Source: Octopus sinensis (lineage: Eukaryota). From it: DNA of 64,000 bases. Positions 55,440 through 64,000 of this stretch are shown here, one piece after another. The translations under genes were made by a program, and so were the position numbers. The notes beneath the pieces were generated by a model. It ran no database searches and was not told where the DNA came from. It saw only the letters and a list, made by a program, of their open reading frames with translations. Numbering within the stretch: the first letter of the stretch is position 1; every line of letters begins with the position of its first letter. The stretch lies in NCBI RefSeq assembly GCF_006345805.1, contig NC_043005.1, positions 68,324,001 to 68,388,000 of the forward strand. Direction: 5' to 3'.

Positions 55440-55776
55440 GGAGGAGACTCCATTTAGTCATGAATGACGATTGGGTTGCATCTAGAAAGTTATCCTCCGA
55501 GGCACAAGTCAAGGCAAGATTGTTTGTGGAAGGCCAGCAGTCGTCCATGCATACCAGCCTCCCCCTCCACACCACTGATGTTATCTAAGGGAAAGGTAAA
55601 GTCTGATGGAGCTTGGCACCAGCGACGTCACAACTCATTTCTAGAGCTAAGTCAACTAGAGCAACGTGAAATAATGTGTCTTGCTCAAGAATACCACACA
55701 CAGCCCGGTCCGGGAATCGAACTCACATCCTGACGATCGTAAGCTCTACGCTCTAACCACTAAGCCATGCGCTTTC
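55440..55776 (-). mobile_element. tRNA-headed SINE related to family D in head and central domain
   Basis: GCGCATGGCTTAGTGGTTAGAGCG...GAGTTCGATTCCCGG...CTTGAGCAAGACACATTATTTCAC. Probable TSD AAT(A/G)TAAATATAAATA at 55424-55439 and 56044-56059. Confidence 0.8.
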
Positions 55777-55790
55777 TCAATGTAAATATA

Positions 55791-56042
55791 TATTTCTTTA
55801 CTACCCACAAGGGGCTAAACATAGAGGGGACAAACAAGGGGCTAAACATAGAGGGGAGAAACAAGGGGATTAAGCCGATTACATCGACCCCAGTGCGTAA
55901 CTGGTACTTTATTTATCGACCCCGAAATGATGAAAAGCAAAGTTGACCTCGGCGGAATTTGAACTCAGAACGTAACGGCAGACGAAAACCGCAAAGCATT
56001 TCCCCCGGCGTGCTAACGTTTCTGCCAGCTCGCCGCCTTTCA
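55791..56042 (-). mobile_element. SINE family B1 with an internal 27-bp duplication and 13-bp TSD
   Basis: CAATGTAAATATA at 55778-55790 and 56043-56055; AAGGGGCTAAACATAGAGGGGA(C/G)AAAC occurs twice. Confidence 0.9.
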
Positions 56043-56130
56043 CAATGTAAATATAAATATTAGATATAAATCGACACAATGAAAGAAGAAACTATATCTA
56101 TTATTCTTAGAAGGTAGAAAAAATAACCAA

Positions 56131-56340
56131 TCAATCGGGATTCGGTGGAATATTCCAATTTTTTAAGATATATTTAGGCATGTGCTTACATCCACTAAAA
56201 ATCTTTGACCTCGAGTTCAATATCGAGTTTGGAATCTCAGATCTAAATAAAATCTGCGCCCTTTCGGCCAAGGAAAGCATACATCTATTAGATCCATTGG
56301 TGTATGGTTTAGACTTTACTATTATTCTCCAGTTGATCAC
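56131..56340 (-). mobile_element. C-terminal segment of a second Penelope-like GIY-YIG endonuclease (different subfamily)
   Basis: WRIIVKSKPYTNGSNRCMLSLAERAQILF...ILNSRSKIFSGCKHMPKY resembles PLE W.I......Y..GS.RC.LCL.EK..I....LLN.RSE..S.CRH..K. Confidence 0.72.
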
Positions 56341-56689
56341 TTATGGTAAATTTTTCTCTTTTATGGCCCAAAGGTAGCTCGCCAACTTTGTGTTTTTGCG
56401 TTTCTCACAGTGGGGGAGCAATACCATATCGTTAGCGTAGCATTAAAAAAAATTCCTTCATATAATCCGATGTATGTTCTTTTATCGGTTGTGTTACTGT
56501 TATTAAGGGTTGCCGAGACCTCTGCTCCGTATATAATGAACTTCGTCAGGCAATGCTGGCCCAGCGGACAGTCCTAAGAGCTTGAGGGCGCATCGGTGGG
56601 AAACCGAAGTCACTAGACAGACTTTCAGTTTCAGTTTCAATAAAAATACTGCATTCTCATTCGTCATGCATAAACCAGCGTGAATATCT

Positions 56690-57437
56690 TTTATTTGTTT
56701 CAGTCATTAGACTGCCACCATATTGGACTACCATCTTGAAGAACTATTAGTCGAATTAATGGACATCAGTAGTTTTTTTTTAATCCAGAAACGATCTGCG
56801 TAGCCGAAACGTTAAGGTTCGGGGACATAAACGCACAAACACCGGTTGCAGTGGTGGGAGACAAACACAGACACAAAGAAACACAAACACAAAGAAATAC
56901 AAACACATACATACATAAACAAACATACACACACACATACACACGTGATAGGGTTCTTTCAGTTTCTGTTTGCCAAATCCACTTACAAAAACTTGGGCGG
57001 CTTGAGGCTATAGAAGACACTACAGTTTCCAGCTCATCATTATACACGTAGGTATCAGGTTTACCACTGTGCTCATTTCCAAGAGCAAAGGTACCAGACA
57101 GGAACTTCTCAAACCATCGACGTAGTGTGCGCTCATTCGTCACATCTGCAACAAACACCTCATTGATGTTTCGAGGTGGTTGGAATGCATTAGTTTCACG
57201 GCAGAACTCATATAGATAAACAACACGAATTTTTTATCTGTTCATGGGTTCACAAAAATTGCTTTACAAAGAGAAAATTCACAATATAATCAGATACCAT
57301 GAATTGCATTTCGAAAAGTGATGATGTAATCCTTCAATATTGTAAAACAAAGAATTTTCAGGATAAAACATTAGAGTTAACGATTGTCATACTTAGTGCA
57401 GAAGAAAATCGGACATTTTATTCTTAATGACCTGATA
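56690..57437 (-). mobile_element. Mariner 5' fragment (about 57020-57437) fused to a headless SINE A (about 56690-57019)
   Basis: VTNERTLRRWFEKFLSGTFALGNEHSGKPD resembles Hsmar1-type ANERTVQWWFKKF...LEDEERSGRP; TIR-like end TA-TCAGGTCATTAAGAATAAAATGTCCG abuts (TACA)n. Confidence 0.75.
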
Positions 57438-57502
57438 CATACATACATACATACATACATACATACATACACACATACACACATACACACACACATACAC
57501 AA

Positions 57503-57536
<34 letters not shown>

Positions 57537-57911
57537 GTATATGTATACACACACATATACATACATATATACATACATACATACATAAATGCATATATAT
57601 ATTTGTGTGTGTGTGTGAGTGTGTGTGCGCGTACTTGTGTGTGTGTAAGTCTAACTGTATATGTTACTATCTATCTCATTTCCTTCTCTGTCAATCTGTC
57701 TCTGTATATGAAAGTATACAAAATAACGAAGAATGGTAAGCAGACCATCTTTAAAAGTTATTTAATTGAAATCATTTTTTGAATATTAATTCCAACACGT
57801 CAAATTTTGCTGTGTAATAGTTTGTGAATCGTCGATTTATATTAATTTAATTGTAGACATAGTAATTTAATTGTAGACTTAGTAAACGTAATTAATTGCT
57901 CAAATGTAAAT

Positions 57912-57952
<41 letters not shown>

Positions 57953-58485
57953 ATAATAATAATAATAATTATGAAAAAAATAATAGCTATCAGGATGGAA
58001 GGGGGATATGATAGGAATAAGTGATGGGATATCTTGAACGTTTGTATCAATAATAGTAATATTAAGAAAAATCATGGGTCTTTTGAAGCTGGTGTTAGGG
58101 GTGGTGGTAACTGATCCCATACCGAAAACCTATGAAATGAGTGACCTAGACGGTGAATTTCACGAGACACCAAATATATTAAACTATAATACAGATAATA
58201 TTTATGGGGCAACACCTAGCTGCTCTCAGAACAGTAAATAATACTTCTGCCAATAATAATCATAATGTTACGGATAACCCCTACCCTAAACAAACGTTTT
58301 TGTAATTTTAGAAACGATAACCAATGTCCACGTGAGAAATTAAGCCTCAGAAATAATAAATACAATGACGAAATAAATTTTTAATTTATATAAATAAGGA
58401 TAAGATCGTTAATTTCAATTAAATATCGATCATATCAAGTGTCCAGCATGGAAATAAAAACCTTCAAAGGTAATAATTATTATTA

Positions 58486-59078
58486 AAATTATAACTTAGC
58501 ATATCTACGAGATACCGCCATGCTGAAAATAGCAGCCAAAATCTGACTCTGAAACCACATTAAATGTTCATGCAGCACAAGGAGAGAAGACAAAAAGACA
58601 AAATAAAACTAGCAGAAAATTACTGGATAATTCCAGATTCCGGATTACTGACTTTGCATTAAGAAAATGCTTTGCCTCCTATAAATTTTAAATTTATTTC
58701 GTCATTGTATTTACTGCGGTGATGTTTTAAACATATCGCACGAGGGGTTACGAAGCGGGCAATTTAAACTGGTCGTGTTGCATACGTGCATATATATGTA
58801 TATATATGTTCGTATATGTAAGTATTCGTATGTTGTATGTATATATATGTGTATTTATGTTACTTTCTGCGTATATCCCACCTATGAGACAAATCATTTC
58901 TTAATGCAAAGTCAGAAATCCGGGATCTGGAATTATCCAGTAATTTTTTGCTAGTTTTATTTTGTCTTTTTGTCTTCTCTCCTTGTGCTGTATGAACATT
59001 TAATGTGGTTTCAGAGTCAGATTTTGGCTGCTATTTTCAGCATGTCGGTATCTCGTAGATATCCTAACTTATAATTTA
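58486..59078. mobile_element. Foldback/MITE-like element with about 195-bp terminal inverted arms
   Basis: 58486-58681 is the reverse complement of 58883-59078 with few mismatches; about 200-bp spacer; no ORF. Confidence 0.8.
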
Positions 59079-60017
59079 GTATATATTTAGTATATTTAGT
59101 ACAGTAACACCTCACGGTATTACGCATTGTTAAGCTGTTTTCTGCTCTACAAACTTTAAAAGGAGTAAATAATCATTTTTCTTCTTTTACAAATGAGAAA
59201 AGAAATGAATTGTATGACTGTAAGCTCATTTTGACTTTAATAGATAAAGTACTAAATATAATATTAAATTGTCAATTATAAGTCTTGCTTTGCCCTGTAC
59301 TAGTGGCAATCATAAATGTGATCTTTGCCTTGAAGAGATACTCCACATCATTATCTCTAAATACGTTATTAAACTATGGAAATGAACCAACGATAAAATG
59401 TTTGCATTCATATAGCAAAACATTTAGATACTTTGCGAATAAGTAGTTTTAGTACGAATTTACTTAGATAGGAGGAATACGTAACCCTAGTCAAATATTT
59501 TCAGATTGATTTAATATAGGTTTAGCTAAATGACACTAATTCTACAATTTTCAAACCATTGAGATGACCTTTCGATTATTGTTTTTTTTTATAGTAATAT
59601 ACATTATTCTCTTAGATATTGATTTTATTCAATTATTACGGATATGTTCCGTTGCCCTATGACAGCAATATTAGATTAATTAAATGTCTCTTTATTGTGG
59701 CTTTTAAATCTGCTCGTTCGCTTTATGCAATTTTTAGCATGAACGGTGTTGTGTAGACGCTCCCAGACAATAAGTAGGCTAGTCCAATACGTATCGATAG
59801 TGGACGTGATGGGGAAGCGTCGCGTAGATCGATTACAAGTATATCATTGTTTGATCCCGGTTAGACGTAAGTCACATTGTTGATCAATTATTGAAGATCT
59901 CCCGCAAGGGTGAACCTATTGTTTAAACTTTACTGCTGAATTTTTTGAATTGTTGGTTACTGTGTTGTGTAATTGTTTTCTTCCCCATTTATGGGTGAAA
60001 TAGTGAAAAAAGGAAGG

Positions 60018-61623
60018 ATGGAAAGCGAATAATTCCCAGCCGGCAGCTATGCTGCAACCACTGGACTAAGTTTAACTGCAGACGCGCTGCAGGTTCTAGA
60101 AGTGAAGATGGAGGAAAAGAAGCTAAAAGAATTTAATAGACTGATTGAGAAAGAGGGAGCCAGTTTAAGGTTGACTCCGCCACAAGAAGTGACAGCGAGC
60201 GTAACTAAGAGGAGATTAGTATATAGAACGCTGTCCACGACAACGAACAGATTTGAAATAGCTAATGTGGAAATGGAATAGAAGAGGAAACATTGGAAAT
60301 AATTGAAATTAAGGTAAAACCAAGGAAAATGAAGGAATGTGAGAGGTTGCTGGAGAAAAAGGGAGATATGTTAAAGTTAATTACGCCTGCAGAACTGACA
60401 AGCAAAGTTACAAAACGAACAGTTATATTTAAAAAGATGAAAATAGCAACGAGAAAGATAGAGATTGCAACAGTGGAGGAAATTGAAGAGTGTTTGAAAA
60501 GCATAAAAAAACTGAGGACATTTATAACAAGAGGAAGGAGGTATGCCACCGTGGAGGTGCGTTTTGCGAGAGCGGAAGGTGCAATTAAGCACGCAACGGA
60601 GGCAATAAGATCGGAGGAGTGGGTGCTTTTGCCTTCGTACTGTGGCAAACGTGTGGCCAGAGTGCGAGTAGGCAAAATACACCCAGAACTAAATGAAACA
60701 TGGCTGACGACAGCCATAATGTTCAACATGAAAGATGAGGCCAATATACTGAAGGCCACAGGGACATATAGAATCAACTACTGGGGATATGAATCGAGCT
60801 CACTATCCAGGCAGCAACAGAAGACTTAAATCGGATTGCTGAGGAGATAGTGCTGCCAGATGACTTGAGATTGAGAGTGGTGGTGAGGGCAGGCCGCCCG
60901 TATGTTTTGCATGTGGGGGAGAAAGGCCAGATGTAGGCGAGGTGCCCACAGAGAACAGACGAAGCAGAAAAGTATGAACCAGGTAGTACAGGTAGAGATG
61001 GAGGAATAAACAGTGGAGGAGTGATTCATGGTGGTGGAAAGAAAAAGAAGTGGAAGTGTAAGCTCGTAGCCAATGAAGCAGAAAAAGACGAAAGAAGAGG
61101 TGGAAATGAAAGCTGCGACCAGAAGGAAGGAAAAAAACGGGGTGGGGCGGAGAAAGAAAGTGAAAAAGTAATTGGAAAAGTGTGCACGAATGAGTTACAG
61201 AAGGAGGAAACAGTGTTGAAGACGCCGGTTATCCCATGGGAAGAGAAAGATTCAGGAGTGCAACTGTACGAGGGTGAAATGAAGAAATTGTTCAGAGCGG
61301 TGATGGAAAAGGAAAAGGTACCAGAAGTGAAAGTAGAAAAGAGAAGACCAAGAAGAGGTAAAAATAAATGGAATTTCGTAACATATGCAAAAAACAAAGA
61401 GGCGGAAAGAAAAATGTTAAAATTTAAGCATATCATAAGAGTGAGGTTACCCACGGATATGTATTCGGAAAATGTGAAGGCCATTGTGGTCGACAAAGAC
61501 ACATACAAAAGACTGAGAAACATGTGGGGAGACAAGATTGACCCGCCCGGAGCGTTGGTGGATTTCGACGAACTGCCACCCGTAGTTGAACTAAGAGACT
61601 TGGAGCCTTTTATGAGGTATTAA
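60018..61623 (+). pseudogene. Degenerate gag-like / L1-Tx1-type ORF1 with decayed CCHC knuckle; no ORF2 follows
   Basis: AGSYAA start, RYATVEVRF, VVV.GRPPVCFACGEKGQM*ARC (frameshifted), K/E-rich linker, C-terminal domain ending DLEPFMRY*, then an A-rich tail. Confidence 0.75.
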
Positions 61624-61680
61624 AAGGTAAAAGAAAAAGAGTAAGTAAAATTGTTTTATTGAAGGGGAAAAAAAGGAAAA

Positions 61681-62620
61681 AGTGTTTCATGTAAAAAATA
61701 AGCAAAAAAAAAGATGATTAAGAAAAAACAATAGAAAAATAGAACGATTGTAAATAGTGTGTATAAACGTTCAAATGTGTTGTGGCCGTCTGTGTTGTGG
61801 CTGTGGTGCCAAATAAAGAAATAAGTGTTCAGAGACCGTTATTTGGGTGTTTATTACTGTTCGAATTGTTGATATTGTGAATTGTTATTTTTCCCATTGA
61901 GGGGAATATGGAAAAAGCGCCGGCGGGTGGCCGCAGCTATGCGGCCGAAACTGAAATGCAATAGAAGAGGGAACGTTGGAAATAATTGAAATTAAGGTAG
62001 AACCAAGGAAAATGAAGGAATGTGAGAGGTTACTGGAGAAAGAGGGAGATACATTGAAGTTAACGCCACCTGCATAACTGTTGAAAGAAAAAAAAAGGAA
62101 AAAGTGTTTCATGTAAAAAATAAGCAAAAAAAAGATGATTAAGAAAAAACAATAGAAAAATAGAACGATTGTAAATAGTGTGTATAAACGTTCAAATGTG
62201 TTGTGGCCGTCTGTGTTGTGGCCGTGGTGCCAAATAAAGAAATAAGTGTTCAGAGACCGTTATTTGGGTGTTTATTACTGTTCGAATTGTTGATATTGTG
62301 AATTGTTATTTTTCCCATTGAGGGGAATATGGAAAAAGCGCCGGCGGGTGGCCGCAGCTATGCGGCCGAAACTGAAATGCAATAGAAGAGGGAACGTTGG
62401 AAATAATTGAAATTAAGGTAGAACCAAGGAAAATGAAGGAATGTGAGAGGTTACTGGAGAAAGAGGGAGATACATTGAAGTTAACGCCACCTGCATAACT
62501 GTTGAAAGAAAAAAAAAGGAAAAAGTGTTTCATGTACAAAAAAAAGAGAAAACAAAAATGATTAAAAAAGGCATTAAAAAAATAGAACGATTGTAAATAG
62601 TGTGTATAAACGTTCAAATG
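61681..62620 (+). repeat. Tandem 421/422-bp units (two complete and one partial) made of tail, 5' head and internally deleted ORF1
   Basis: AGTGTTTCATG at 61681, 62103 and 62524; the two complete units differ at about 2 positions. Confidence 0.9.
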
Positions 62621-62948
62621 GTACTGAATGAGAATGGGGCCCATGCAGCCATTTCATTATTTTCATTTTTATATAATATTTCATTCTCATTCGTTTCATG
62701 TTTTATCTCCTCATTGTGGTGTTGTGTCCGTCCTTGTAGTGTCCCCCTCTGCGTTGTGGCGGTAACGCGAATTTAAGAAATAAGCGTCGCGCAGATTTTT
62801 TAGTTGAGTTGTTGATTTGGTTGGACAATGGCGTTGTTGTTGCGAGCTGTGAGTTATTTTACTCTGAATTTTTGAAACTGTTATATTGTTGGAATTTTGT
62901 TAATCATTATTGTATTTGTTTCTTTCTTCCCCATTTTTGTGTGAAGAT

Positions 62949-64000
62949 ATGGAAGCTGGCAGTTACGCTGCGGTAGCAGGCAAAAGCCTGTCGGCCGACA
63001 TACTGCAAGTGAAAGAAGTGAAGTGAGAAGGCAAAAATTTTTTAAAGTTTAATGGACTGTTTGAGAAGGAGGGGAATTGCCTTCGGTTAACGCCACCTGT
63101 TGAATTTTTGCAAGAAGCCGAAAAAAAATTATAGTTTATCATACGTTGAACCTAAACGTGTGGAAGTAGCAGAGATTGAAGCCACTAAAGATTGTATGCG
63201 GGAAGTCAAAGGAGTGACGACATTCTACGTCAAAGGAAGGAAATATGGCACAGTGGAAGTGCGATTCGTGAACGAAGAAGTAAAAATGGTACTCCACTGC
63301 GCCTTTGAGAACGGCCAAGTGGGCATTCTTGCCATCCTATTGCGGAAAACGAGTCGCAAGAGTCAGCATAGGGAGAGTGTCCCCGGAAATAGACGAGGCA
63401 TGGGTAGTGGCAGCTATCCTCTATAACTGTGAAAAGGAAGCAGAAGTAACTAAGGTGGAAAAGTCTAATGAGATAAATTAATAGGACTATGGACTAGAAG
63501 TGGTGGTCCATATAACCCTACCAGACTTGCATAAAATAGTAGAGGAGCTGGTGCTACCCGATGAGACCCGATTGAGAATTGTGGTGGAGGGGAGAACTCC
63601 TATATGTTATAATTGTAGAAGTAGAGGACACATGCAAGCGAAATGTCCCCATAAGCAGGAGGAATTGGAGAAAAATCAGGCAGAGATGGCAATGGCAGTG
63701 GTGGAGGATGAAAAGAAGGTAGAATAAACAGTGGCAAACAAGAAAAGGACAAGTGCGGAGTCACCGCCAAAAAGCTCGAAACAAAAAAAGAGAAATGCGG
63801 CGAAAACACAAGAGAAAGAGGAAGAGTGTGTAATTCGAACCCTGGAACCGAAACCGACAACAAGTAGGAGTCAAGAAGAGAGATATGAGAGGTGGAGGAA
63901 GAGGATAAGAGAAATATATCGCAAACGAGGCAGCCGAGAGGACAGAGTTTAAGAATGACGATGATTTATAAGAATGTGGAGATTGAAAAAGGATTGCGAA
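62949..64000 (+). pseudogene. Second diverged ORF1-like copy with an intact CX2CX4HX4C knuckle, running off the window
   Basis: MEAGSYAAVAGKSLSADILQVKEVK..., KYGTVEVRF, IVVEGRTPICYNCRSRGHMQAKC (knuckle at 63605-63646); stops and frameshifts. Confidence 0.75.

Noticed and set aside
61681-62620. CRISPR-like array or shared LTRs
   Set aside because: The units are 421 bp with no unique spacers, and sequence upstream of copy 1 does not match the tail, so there is no LTR pair.

Overview
AT-rich eukaryotic genomic DNA packed with microsatellites and mobile-element remnants. The SINE, LINE and microsatellite make-up points to a cephalopod, probably an Octopus species (inference, not verified). I find no well-supported intact host gene; most of the supplied ORFs are translations of simple repeats. 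Recognisable content: (i) several tRNA-headed SINE families (ad hoc names A, B1/B2, C, D), some with clean target-site duplications; (ii) CR1/L2-group LINE pieces, an old RTE remnant and a possible R4/Dong remnant; (iii) two TIR-bounded mariners, a mariner fragment, a Tigger/pogo remnant, a Tigger-like MITE and a long-TIR foldback; (iv) a 3.2-kb internally deleted Helitron keeping the helicase C-terminus; (v) two Penelope-like (PLE) GIY-YIG endonuclease remnants and six short type-I hammerhead-like motifs; (vi) a head-to-tail cluster of zinc-knuckle ORF1-like elements at 59.7-64 kb; (vii) a 100-N gap. The most unusual structure is at 45.5-46.2 kb: a tRNA-headed, (AAT)n-containing element with a PLE-type hammerhead tail, present as a head-to-head inverted pair between 14-bp direct repeats. 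It is a candidate SINE/retrozyme hybrid mobilised by PLEs. All protein and RNA similarities were judged by eye from remembered family motifs; no search was run.
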